This document shows positions 12,300 to 24,379 of a stretch of DNA of 64,000 nucleotides, piece by piece. Origin of the DNA: Octopus vulgaris (taxonomy: Eukaryota); assembly GCA_951406725.2 (NCBI GenBank), contig OX597825.1, positions 3,844,001-3,908,000 of the forward strand. Direction: 5' to 3'. The notes under the pieces are model-generated. The model was not told where the DNA came from, ran no database searches, and saw only the letters and a list, made by a program, of their open reading frames with translations. The number at the start of each line of letters is the position of its first letter. The first letter of the stretch is position 1. A program made the translations under genes and the position numbers.

Positions 12300-14650
12300 T
12301 CATGAGGTAAATTTCATCTTTAATAAAATTTCCCCTGTCTCTATAAATCAATTTCTATTCATTTTATTTTGGAGTAATGTTTTTCATAAATCATTACCAT
12401 CTTATCTTATGTATTCATCAGGAATTTTAACAATTACTGCTGCCGCAGATTTCTACATGTTAGCTAGTCATTTTCTGCCGTACTTCTGGCTATCAAATGT
12501 GTTCATTATACCTTTAACTTAGTTTCTAATCTGACCGGGGCAATTTCCCTCGTAGGTGTATCAGATTAAGAATTCATGCCTTGTAATCCAAGGCGGCAAC
12601 AGGTTTGGTCAGAATAACCTCTTCTTAATTTTTTATTGAATCCAGATTTTAAATATTTGAAATTGTTACTGCATTCTCAGCCACTGATATATCCACCAGT
12701 TTGTTATCGGGAATTCAGAAATATACCCTGACGTAAATTGTGTCTCTGTAATTTACTTTGAGGTTTCTTATTGACGATTACTGCCAATTACACAATCTAT
12801 CTGATTAGATCTTTTATTTCAAGGTTTAAAATAGGGTGATTTTATGCTGTTGCATAGGTTTTTCTAGTCGATGGAAATGTGTATGGAAAAATGAAACAAT
12901 TTCCTCAACTCCTTACCACATGTTTTAGTTATGAAATGTCAAATGTCCTTGCCCATTGTTTATAATGAGTAGTTTGGAAGTAGATGACAGTGTAAATGGT
13001 CACGACATTTAACTTGTCGCAAGGTGCAGGTGAAGCACACTTGTGCATATTCTGTGTGTTCAGTTTAATGTGTAAAGGATGACGAGAGTAAACATTCAAT
13101 ACTTGTACACGTTTCTGTTTTGTTCGGGTAAAGTATGTCAGTTATTATGTTTTTCAAAATGTGATTATCCAAATTTGGTGGGTGACATTCACTATTTTCT
13201 GTAGTGAATTTAACAAACGGATGAATGCCGTTCAGAATGTTAATATATATATGTCTCAAGTTCATCCTTTGTTTGTGCCAAATAATAAGTTGATGATGCG
13301 ACACACGTTTCCACAGCTCAGAGGCCTATTTTTTAAAGATTTGATTAGAAGCTGTCTATAGATAGAAAAAGTAAGTATCAGGCCATTCAAGTTAATCAAA
13401 CAATAAATTATTGTACTTAGGTACCACCTGTGTACCCATAGCTCTTCCCTTGTATATGTCAATACGTTTACCCTTCAAACGTAAAATCATTTTCTTCCAG
13501 TACGAAGTGTATAAATTTGGCGATGCAATTCATTTTGAGATGTTCATCTATCATTTTATCGTTTCTCTTTATTCAGAAAAGAAAGTGATTGTTTCTAGGA
13601 TTAGAATGTGTGATATAGTAGTACAGACATTACTTAGGCCAAACATTATTGGGATTGGGAGAGTTCCTTTTCAGAAAATTGCTGTGATCTGATTCATGAA
13701 ATCTGTGATTAAGATTTTGAGAAATAGATCTTAAAATTGATTGAGAAACTCTGGTGAAAATTGTAATCATGGTTAGAATCCCTTGGAGATTGCTGTTGCA
13801 ATTATTGAAATTAAATAATTAGTAATTTTATTTATCTTTGAAGTGAACTTAATATTGAAAAATCAATTCTCGAAGTTTGTTCATAAATATTATTATTATT
13901 TGATACTTTGTTTCTTTCTAATAGTAGTTTTCATTAGTTGTTCTAATATCTTATCTTTATAAATAATCTATATTCATAATAACTATTACCCTACTCTGTC
14001 AAGATAATCGAAGAATCATTCGATAGTTTTTTTTGTGTTTTTTTTTTAGTCGTCTCGTTTCTTCTTTACAAATCTTTTGTATACATTTCAGTGAACAGAT
14101 TTGTAATTTAGATGCTGCAGCAATATACGTATCTCAACGTTTATCCCCCTCTCTGTATGGTTGGATTTTCTTTGTATTTTTTGTTGTTGTTGACAGTTGC
14201 GTCATCAGGTTTGTTCCTATTGCTGTAATATTCTATATATCGGAGATTGCAACTAATGCTTTCCATATTTGCTTCAGATTCGATGAGATTTGAAGAGGTA
14301 GATGAGATAAATTGAAACCTGCCAATTTAAGACCTGTGTCATTTTGGTGAAGAAATCTTTTGATGAATTTATAATTTTACTACATAAATTCTTCATCAAC
14401 ATATTTAGATTGTTCAATCTTTATCATGTTTGGTACATGGTTCCCTAAAAAGAAGGATTTGTATTAACGTGTCCAAATCTCTATCTGGGGTTCTTGTACT
14501 TTATCGTTACGAAAGACTTAATTCCAACGTCACTGTTTGTATCATTTCTTCTGAAGGGTGTGCGTGTGTGAGATTTCCATACCCTTCTTATTCATGCTCT
14601 TCCATTTTGAATATTCAGCTTACTTGTTTATAAAACTTTCTTATTCGGTT
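12300..14650 (-). mobile_element. Decayed Penelope-like retroelement (RT plus GIY-YIG endonuclease)
   Basis: Minus-strand remnants occur in the expected order: FVLEENDFTFEG (~13500), KGRAMGTQVVPKYNNL (GTAMG motif, ~13430), LWKRVSHHQLIIW (W.RY.DD..IIW, ~13300), LNGIHPFVKFTTE...TDILY (~13200), and PEVRQKMTS*HVEICG in the endonuclease region (~12470). There are many stops and frameshifts, and the boundaries are approximate. Confidence 0.65.
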
Positions 14651-14718
14651 AATTTTTCCCCTCTTTCCATCACTGTAATTATCAATTAGGGATCATGTTA
14701 TTATTTGTCGAAGATATA

Positions 14719-14830
14719 GCGGCGAGCTGGTAGAACCGTTAGCACGCCGGGCGAAATGCTTAACGGCAATTTCGTCTGTCTTTACGTTCTTATCTTATGT
14801 ATTCATGAGCACTGGGGTCGATGTTGTCGC
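14719..14830 (+). mobile_element. SINE family A, internally deleted copy
   Basis: Head gcggcgagctggtagaaccgttagcacgccgggcgaaatgc, then filler, then gcactggggtcgatgt. The central ~65 bp is missing. Confidence 0.8.
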
Positions 14831-16659
14831 GCATCCCCACCTTTAGCAGAAATGATTATTCGTTGAAGTTTCTTTGTCACATCTCATGTTTATGGGAGTG
14901 TTTTGATTTGAAATCATAGTGTACGGATTTTTAGGTTGTGTTTGAAGTGATCTTATTGTCATTTATGCATTAAGATGTTTGAAAGACGAACATCTTTCCA
15001 TGTCACTGCTGCAAAATATATTTTTCTTTCATTGATCAGTAATTTTTCGTTGGGTTACTGTTTTCATACTGGATATTTCTCCCTCCTAGTTTCCGAAAAT
15101 CATCAAATATCTGTTGTTTTCTTTTTCCCTAATTTAATGCTTTATTCCCCTTGTTTATTTCCTTCTTTATATTTCAGTTGGCTTTGACTTGAATTTTAAT
15201 GTCACTGAGTTCAGGAATTTCAGCAAACACGGCCGCGTTATGTTTTCAAGTTTTCTTTATATCATTTATTTACCTTTTTATTATATATTGCTTTGCAATT
15301 TATGAAAGAATTATTATCTGTCCAGAGGTCGTAACGCTAAATATACGACCCCCTTCTGGATTTTCAGCTTTTATCTCTCTAATGATAAGCTTGTTGTTTA
15401 GAACTAGATATTGTTTGTTTCATCAGGATTCGTAGGTTTTGACAAATGCTATCACCGTAAAGACTTATAGAGAGCCGCTATGTGAATGCAGTAAAGATAT
15501 AAAAACTACATGGAAACGGCTTCAAACATCATATTAAAGAAGCAGATATGCATTTCAAATAAATACCAGGATGAAGGGAAAAAGAGGAAAGGCCTTTATT
15601 GTGCCTTCCATACATTACATGCAAAAGGAGATTAGATCGGTCATGCTGGAAACTACCATTGTCAAAGAATATAAAATATATGTATTAAATTTTAGAAGTT
15701 TCCACTTGGTTTGCAGCCTATGTGTGCGTGAGATACTTAGTAGCCCTCGGTTAATCGGACTTCGTTCCACGGAGACGGAGCGATCATCTTGACCTGCAGA
15801 ATACTAACTCCATTGATTGCATCGATCTAGCTTTCAAGTAATTCCACACCGCTGCAAAAGCAAGTTGCATTGACTAACCTCTTAATTTAGCTGAATTACA
15901 TCCTATAGCGAAAGCATTGCTCCCTTCAGCCAGAGAATTTTTTGCGTTCCTTCAGCTCTCATGTACACTCATAGCTTGATTAGAACTGTCGAGGCATAAG
16001 TCTCACAATCACAGCTACCGAAAAGTATTCTCACTCTCGCGCCACTATGCTGTAACGCAAATATATAGATGTGTGTGTGTGTGTGAGGGAGAGACATGTT
16101 TTGCTTCCCTCTGCCAAAATCAGTAGCAAGCTTCACAGCCACAAAGTCAAACTAACCGTTTATATACCTCTAGTGTCCATGTTTCAGCCTTTAGGGTTTC
16201 AATTTATACACGTCAGCTCAATGCGATTCGTTTTTAGTCGAAAAACGCCTGTTATTTCTTGTTATTTGTATTCGTAATTGTGTACCATGTTCTCCGATTT
16301 TTTTTCTGTATTGGTTTTTTCTCTTTGTTACAGTACACATTCGCTAGCCTTCTTACAAAGCATGGGGGCTAATGCTCTTAGCTTAGACATTTTGGGAGGC
16401 AACCAGATCGAACCATCTGAAGTGTAACTGCTTGAAATTGTCGTGACTTCTGCGACTTGACGGATGAAAGAAAGCCACGAATGACACGTCTTTTGTTTTT
16501 GCCTGTCTTTTTTATTGCTGTTTCCTTTGTCCGCCTTTGTGTCGTCTATCTGCCTGAACGTTTTATTGCCTTCTATTGCGTTTTTTGTTCCATTTATGTT
16601 TATATATTTGTAAACTCGTGTTTAGATTCAATGTCGTAAGTACGTTTTATTCACTTAAC

Positions 16660-17130
16660 TACAAATTTTCCCTAAACAAACAAAGAAATAACCAAAAGCT
16701 TACACGCATAAAAGAGAATATATCTATATATACACTTCTGTCATACATTCCTTTAATAGCTTCAGATAACCAAAGCCTCACACACATAAGACAGAATATA
16801 TACATACAACTGAAACAAAGCAAAACCGAGAGAAGAGAAAAAATAGGAAGACGAAAAAACAAAAACATTGGCAAATAACCAGCAAACTTACAACAAACGA
16901 AATTGTTGTGATAATGAAATTGACCTCCTAATAAGCACGTGGCTTTCTGTCTGCCAAACAGAAAACATAAACACTTCGTATCTAAATGGGATTGCCGAAG
17001 AAACAACGCAAACACTCAACACGCGAACTGTTATGCAGATTCGCAACAAACTAAAACACATCCAAGTTTCCTTCAAACTAATTCAGGGTCATTTTGAAAA
17101 ACTTCGATATATTTTCTTTTTTAAACATTC
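16660..17130 (+). mobile_element. Decayed Penelope-like C-terminal/GIY-YIG fragment
   Basis: Track ORFs give LLSYIPLIASDNQ and CQTENINTSYLNGIAEETTQTLNTRTVMQIRN, resembling C.T.N.IY...YIGET.QTL..R...H.QQIR of PLE endonucleases. Confidence 0.4.
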
Positions 17131-17307
17131 GTCAAGCACAACAACGACAACAACAGTCAGAAAATCATGAACAGAAACAAGCTAAAGTACAACGACAACA
17201 GCCAGAAAATCAGGAACAGCAACAACAAGTACAACAACATCAACAACAGGAAGACACGCTCCTATATTCTAGTATAATAGCTGATTTTATTGAATGATAA
17301 TATCCTT

Positions 17308-17527
17308 ATTTCTTTCTTACCCACAAGGGGTTAAACATAGAGGGGACAAACAAGAACAAAGGGATTAAGTCGATAAGATCGACCCTAGTGCGTAACTGGT
17401 ACTTAATTTATCGACCCCGGAAGGATGAAAGGCAAAGTCGACCTCGGCAGAATTTGAACTCAGAACGTAACAGCAGACGAACTTAGCCTTTCGCCCGGCG
17501 TGCTAACGTTTCTGCCAACTCGCCGCC
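17308..17527 (-). mobile_element. SINE family A, full length, with 18-bp TSD
   Basis: Reverse complement of family A, flanked by ttgaatgataatatcctt at 17290-17307 and 17528-17545. Confidence 0.93.
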
Positions 17528-18245
17528 TTGAATGATAATATCCTTTCGCCTCTTTCTCACTCAACACTCACACACAATTTATCAACGTCGTCATCATCAT
17601 CGTGATCATCTCCGCTGCCACCATCGTTTTCTACCACTTAAATACCAAAAATAAACCTCTGTTTTTTTTCCCCTACATCGCCACCAGAATCCTACCTGAA
17701 CCCCTTACATCGCCACCAGAATCCGGTATGAAGCGGAATATGTCTCCCACGACACGAAAATGGAAGCCAAAAATATGCCGTCATTCCTTACGGTACAGCC
17801 TCTGCACACGTAGTGCCTGCATCTTTTCACATTTAACTGACACTAGTCGCACAATCCAGACAAATACTACAATCCAAGGTCCAAGCATTCGTATTAAAAT
17901 AACATCAACATCAACACCACACAATAGTAATTTGAGTGTGAAAACACGCATAACAAGGAGTCCAAGAATCTGCCGGTATATCTGTTGCCTTATTGGACCT
18001 TCACTCATTTTCCGGGGACCCTACGCACTAACAGAAATGGGGCTCCAAACCAACTCACACACCACAGTAAAAGCATTGCCTACCGCAGCAATGCTGGTCC
18101 AGTCATTTTACGATGACACCAACACAATGACGAAAACAACAAAGACAAAAACTACAACAAATGCGGAAAAGACAACCCTATTCAACAGTGCAGCCATACC
18201 TCCAGTCAAAAACTGCTCCCTAAGCAGGAAAATCCTTATTTAGCC

Positions 18246-18668
18246 ATGTTGAAAGAGAGATTAAACCAGCTTTTGCACGAAAATTCTCGTCACTCGACAC
18301 AGAAATTGGCAGAGAAAATGGAATACTCACACACTGCTATGGAGAAGCATCGTCACTCGATGGGAAAGGTTCAGAAGTATGGAGCATGGGCTCCGAATGC
18401 TTTAATTGGCTACAGGAAAAATCAACGAGCCACAACCTCCACTGGTTTGCTTGCTCGTCACCGCTCAACTGATGGACACAAGCAACGATTTCTTTACCGA
18501 ATCGTTAAAGGCGACGAAAAATAAATGTTGCATGTACATCAATATGAAGCAGCGTAAGGAATGTCTTAGCTCGGTAAACAGGCAACACCTAACGTGAAAC
18601 AAGATCATCATCTGCGTAAGACGATGGTGTGCGTATGGTGGGACTGGGAAGCGATTATCCATTACTGA
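18246..18668 (+). pseudogene. Mariner transposase internal fragment
   Basis: LNQLLHENSRHSTQKLAEKM..SHTA (HTH2), GAWAPNAL (WVPHEL-like), RIVKGDEK* (first catalytic D), then KTMVCVWWDWEAIIHY. Truncated by a microsatellite. Confidence 0.85.
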
Positions 18669-18675
18669 AAGTTAT

Positions 18676-18678
<3 letters not shown>

Positions 18679-18758
<80 letters not shown>
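18679..18758. repeat. (TA)n(TG)n microsatellite
   Basis: Direct reading. Confidence 0.95.
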
Positions 18759-18761
<3 letters not shown>

Positions 18762-19078
18762 TATAAGAGAACATGTTCAAATATATAAATGGTCAATATA
18801 AGTTCAATCTCCAGATAAGTCTTGAATTTGTTGATAGAACGATGAATTTCCATGTAACTTTATGTACATACTATGAACATAAATACAGAATGCATTTCTG
18901 GACATGCGGACATGTAAATAATTTCACATATATACTAGAATTTATCATCATTAAAGTATTATATACATAAATATATACATAGAGACATAAAATATGACAT
19001 ACACAATAAGAAAAACATAAACACACACAAACATGCATATATAGGTATACATGTGTAAATGTATGTATATATATATAT

Positions 19079-19115
<37 letters not shown>

Positions 19116-19939
19116 AATCCACATACACACACAAACACACAAATATACATACATACACACACACATACACACACAAATTTCTTTTATTTCCATCTAACAA
19201 TACGTTACGTGTATGCTAAGATTTTTTACAGTTTAGAAACCAATAATTGAAAAAAATATAAATAACGTTGAATCACGTTTACACGAAAATATTTTGCATA
19301 TTTTCTTCTTGGATGCAAGTCTCGTGGAAATGTGGATATATATATGTAAATAAAATGTATTAAAAGTGACTAATTAAAACGTTATATATATATAAATAAC
19401 TGCGTAAAAAATGTAATATTTGCGCACTATGAATCTCGTAGGCTAAAATACATGCATCGTAATAATAATAATTAGTTCTTTTTGCATGACGTATTGTGCA
19501 TAAGAATAGTAAATGATGTAATTAGTGAAGACAATATTATATGATTTTCTTTCTATACATATCCGAAGAAGAAAGTAAGCAATTAACGGTAACGAAAATG
19601 AATTTATCTATCTCTGTAGAAATTCGATTGTACTATAATTTGTGTGTATGAGAAAATTATAAAACGGAGATTGCAGAGGTAATTTCTTATACACACGCCT
19701 GCAATTGAATAAATTATCAAGAGTCGAATGTTGTGCAATGTTTATCTGTATTGTATAATGTGCACGTATGCAGACATCCTTTAATCTGTAACTCCATTCT
19801 TTTTCTGTTTGTGTGTTCACGCAATGATATATCCAGGAACATGTTTAGACGTATTAGCACGTATCTAAATACCTTAAAAATAAATCGTCGCTGAAGTAGT
19901 TCGTTATATGCAAAATGTATATAAATATCTTATCTTAGT

Positions 19940-20050
19940 GAAAGCGACGAACCGACAGAATCGTTACAGGACCATGGCAGCACTTATTCCGACTTTATTT
20001 TCTCAGTTCAAATGCCTCTGAGTTCGATTTCACTTTTCACCATGTGAGGG
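19940..20050 (+). mobile_element. Old SINE family A fragment
   Basis: gcgacgaaccgacagaatcgtta...cagttcaaatgcc..gagttcgatttcacttttca aligns with the family A head and body. Confidence 0.5.
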
Positions 20051-21294
20051 GTTACATAACTCTAGACCATTTACCGTTTTGTGATTCGTATAATGTTAAA
20101 ACATTCAGCTTCTCCAGTGTTTAGAGCCACACGAGCAATTCCAAAACAACTCAAGTAAAATGTCTCCATCCATCGCTCTTCGACGCGCACAACTAGTAGG
20201 GTCATTTGCTTAGAATCCTACGGCACCCCCTATATAGTATCCTATCAGATACAACCATCTTTAAACTTCCCTATTGGATCCCCAGTGGAAATCAACTAAG
20301 TCTATATGGATAATATCCAAATATCTCATCCTTGGTTTACCACTTATAGCTTTCGACGGTTGACTCGGCCTGCAAAATCCGTCTTGTGATTCTGTCCTGG
20401 GATATTCCAATCAAAGTAGTATGGAAACTGTGATCTCTACAGATCGACTTGGAGACTGTCTGTGATTTCGGAGTTGTGCAATCTATCAAGTGACGTCGTC
20501 CCAGAGATTATTCGATGACACTCAATTCAGCCGTTTGCAATCACTGTAGTTCTTTCAGCTTCTACGCGGCATCTGTGACCATAGACAAATGCATGCATGA
20601 AAATCGAATTAAAGTTTGAAAATTTATTACTTTTTAGTAACATCACTTCTGTAAAACGAATACTGGAGAAGTCACATTAATGTGTTATTACCTGAAATTC
20701 AAACACACAGTTAAACCTCATCTCTCCAATCAGTCGTGAATACTGTACCGTTTGTCTCAGTGATGCCCCTCTAGCTTGCAGAGTGCTCAGTGCAGACTAT
20801 CCTGTGAGAAATGCCTCAAGCTGTGCAGCATCAATTCTCATTATAACTATTAAATATTACTCCGCAGCGAACACATTCTGGGGTACACTGAAGATAAAAC
20901 TTTTGATGAGTTATGTAGCAACATGTTGTCCGCAGAATATTTTTCAATATAAAATAATATGTCACTCAGAACATCTGGTTTATAAACAGAAACTATTATA
21001 GCAAGTATCATAAATCGATAGCTCTTAAATGTCGGGGACATTATCTTATCATTTCTCCTCTCAGAAACTGTGCTTTGAATTACTGATTGAAGAAGTTATG
21101 AAACGTCTACTAGATGTTGGATGAACTTTACTAGACGTGTAAAATCAAAACTGTTGCAAGTGCCAAATTAAAAGCATAAATGTTTCGGTGTGATTCATTG
21201 TTCACAGTGATCGTTTTTGTTGCAACAATAGCAAGGTAAGAACAATAAGAATAACAGCAACATTAGTCAGCTACTTATAATTTTGCCGCTTAAC

Positions 21295-21487
21295 TTTAGG
21301 CACAGCGAAAGCAAATGTTTGCTGGAGGTTTTCGGCGATTTCATGAGCCCCAGTGCTCAAGTAATACCAATTTTATCACTCACGAAATAATGAAATACAA
21401 AGTGAGAATGTAAAGAGCCGGAAAACGGAAAAATGCCACCAAGCGTTATGTTTGATGCGCTAAACTTACTGACAATTTGGCGCCTTG
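21295..21487 (-). mobile_element. Old SINE family A copy
   Basis: ccccagtgctcaa.taatac...aatgaaa..caaagt...gcgctaaac..actgacaatttggcgcctt matches the reverse complement of family A. Confidence 0.5.
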
Positions 21488-21747
21488 GAGTTAACTATAA
21501 TATTTAATAGTTGAGTGTCAGCGGCCTTAAAGATCGGAATGTTTGTATTGACGCCGTTGCCTTCAAACAATCATGTTTTTTTCTTTTCCTCGGCTTCTAA
21601 ATTATCGTTGAATTTAGAATTAATAAATTATTTGACTTCTTCCGTTTTTTTTTTTTCAGATTTGAAAACAGCTGCCTCTAGGACGTTTTCATTAACCAAG
21701 TAAAAATATTCGAATAATAATCATGCTGATAACATCAAGAACAACAT

Positions 21748-21750
<3 letters not shown>

Positions 21751-21823
<73 letters not shown>
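21751..21823. repeat. (AAT)n microsatellite
   Basis: About 24 perfect units. Confidence 0.95.
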
Positions 21824-21941
21824 TGTTTAAACATGAACCACCCACATTGTGAGGAGGCTTCTCTTTATCTAATATACGCGTGCCTTAGGTCTCTGGTTGA
21901 GCCCCGTTCGGAAGATGAAATAACATCAAAATCCATCGGAA

Positions 21942-22057
<116 letters not shown>

Positions 22058-22083
22058 CTGTTGCTGTTGTTCTCTTTGTCGAC

Positions 22084-22150
22084 ACCTAATGCTTTGACGT
22101 TGCTTAGAGACGAAACATGTTTCGCCTCGGTGACGTCAATACGTTTAGGT
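22084..22150. repeat. Imperfect 67-bp palindrome
   Basis: acctaa..ttgacgt..gag.CGAAACATGTTTCG.ctc..acgtcaa..ttaggt. Confidence 0.75.
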
Positions 22151-22729
22151 CATCTAATGTTGATATTCTCAATTCTTTCCTTGTTCCCAAAAATTTGTCG
22201 ACAAGGAGTGTGTACTTTTATCAAACATTATGATGGCTTCTTAATCAGCCATCTTTAAATAGTTACAGAAAATTGCAAAATATTTGTTCTTGCTGAAGGC
22301 AGTTAACATTGAAAATATATTTATGCGCACCTTCTGCAAAACAGTGGGTACTCCTACACAAAAATGTTATCTGCATAATCCAAAGAATGTCCGAAAGGTA
22401 ATGGTAAAATCAAAAATGAAAATCTGGGACGTTTGAAGGATTACCAAATTTGGGTGACTTCTCAGTATGGCGAAAAATACACAGCTTTAGAGGCCGGACA
22501 GCACGAAGATAACGAAAGTTAGTTACACATTTCCTCTTCCTCTTTTTTTATTTTTTGTTTATATTCTCAAAATATTATTGTATCGCGGGATTTATATTGA
22601 ACTGGGACTACTGTGATGAAAAGCCCATTTTGCCATGATGCCGATGAGAACCACAAATGCCTCGTATTAAAACTAGGAGCGAGACTAATTTTTTTAGCCT
22701 AATATAAATGCTAATGAACTTTTACGAGG

Positions 22730-22905
22730 CAACAGCACCCCCAGAAACAACTGACAAGCAATCTGTTAAGAGAATATTTACGGTAGCCCGTCTTTTATAC
22801 GAAGAGAAAACAAAGTACGTGATAAAACTTCCAATCAGTTAAGAACAGAAATCATGAGAGCCACTGCATGGTACTTCATCAGGGCATTTTATTATTATTA
22901 TTTGT
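22730..22905 (+). mobile_element. Probable LINE 3' end with (ATT)n tail
   Basis: A non-coding segment ends ...gagagccactgcatggtacttcatcagggcat directly before (ATT)n. It resembles a non-LTR 3' UTR; this is recognition only. Confidence 0.4.
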
Positions 22906-24379
22906 TTATTGTATTTGAATTTCTCTTTCTGCTACATTGTCATTGAAGGTAAATTAACAATGATTAACTTTGCCTCGTGGATTCGATTTATACAGGGTGT
23001 TGTATTAGCCACTTTAAAAGCAATGACTGTACATGAACGAAAATATCGAGGGTTTATCATTACATCAGATATAAGCATGAACGTCAGCAGCAGTAGCGTA
23101 TGGGGCTACTCTGCTGTTAGAAGCAGCAATTAAGAAAAATCAGCACTTATGCGGAAACAATCTCGTTAAAATATTTAGTTCTAGGAAAACACCAAGTCAC
23201 TATCTGAAGCATGGTTGTACAATGATGTTGTTGGAAATGCACAGGGCCTGTGGTAGAGGCAAGGAGGCTATAAAGCCGTCTCGCATTTAGGATGCAAAGT
23301 AAATGCAGCGACTTTTAACTTATAACTATTGCTAACATGTTTATAAAATATTTCACTTTGACAAAATTCATGATTACTTGGGATGCCTTGAGGAAACAGT
23401 CAAGATTTAAATATATGACTGAACATTCGGCGGAATGAAAGAGAAAGAGACAAAAAAAATATGAAAGTTTACACTGCGGAATCGGAGAGCATCTTTATAT
23501 TCGCATTTCTCTAAAACTCTTATAAAAACAATTCAGCCACTGAAAAGAGAAATAGCACTGAGAACTGTAGTTCCCCACTTACATAAATACAGAGGAATCA
23601 CTGATCGAAGTGTTTGTATCATGATTCTTCCCAATTCATGCCGAAGTAGATATTCAGACACTAACATCAGTCCCTAAGTCACCTTAAGTAAACAATTGCA
23701 ATAGAACAAAAAGAAAAAAAAAAGAAACAAGTTCTCATTTATCATTATTCTCAAGTATAAGTCAAAATTGATAAAGTTACAGAAGTTGATAGTGGAATGA
23801 AATAAAGTCGACGCCATTGTATTGAAGTAGTAAATCAATGAAATCATTCAGAAATTGTAGGATGATGGGATGCTGAAACCGAAATCAGGTATTTCTGCTG
23901 TGGAATTGGGTTTTATAAGATTTTTGGAACTTAATTAATTTCTTACTATTGTGTCGAAATCTACTCTGCAACGCGCATATAGGCACGTGAAGTAAGAGGA
24001 ATACTGACGTCTCTTCATTACTCAAACCTACTCATTAAGATAAATGGTGATTTGTAATATCAGGAATATATTCACAAGGTTGTTTTAGTGCTCTTTTCTG
24101 CGTTCATTTAGAAATAAAAATGAATCATGTAAACAAGAGGATGGAGTACATGATGATAGAGACAAGAAAGCTAATATGTGGCCTGAGCAAAATAAGAAAT
24201 TCCAGAAGCTATTTTTAGTTGAATCTCAATTTTGTGTAACTTTTCGTACTAAAGGCTCTTTAGATCAAGTACACGAGAGATATGTCATTAAAACTATGTA
24301 CTGGAAAATTAATGAAAAAAAAACTGTTTATAATTAATTAGATGTAGTTTGATCGATTATTTAATATAAATTTTGAATC

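Noticed and set aside
16420-16470. CTGAAGT...GAAA hammerhead-like spacing
   Set aside because: The core A is missing and no stems I or III form.
17094-17297. Gln-rich ORF
   Set aside because: It is a degenerate (CAA)n tract with an internal duplication and no convincing splice context.
22380-22522. 47-codon open frame KECPKGNGK...EDNES with a gttagt donor
   Set aside because: There is an in-frame stop immediately upstream and no pyrimidine-rich acceptor.
23555-23571. ACTACAGTTCTCAGTGC on the minus strand, resembling a ZNF143/Staf site; also ETS-like sites at about 11257 and 49331
   Set aside because: These are isolated short motifs with no other promoter evidence and are expected by chance.
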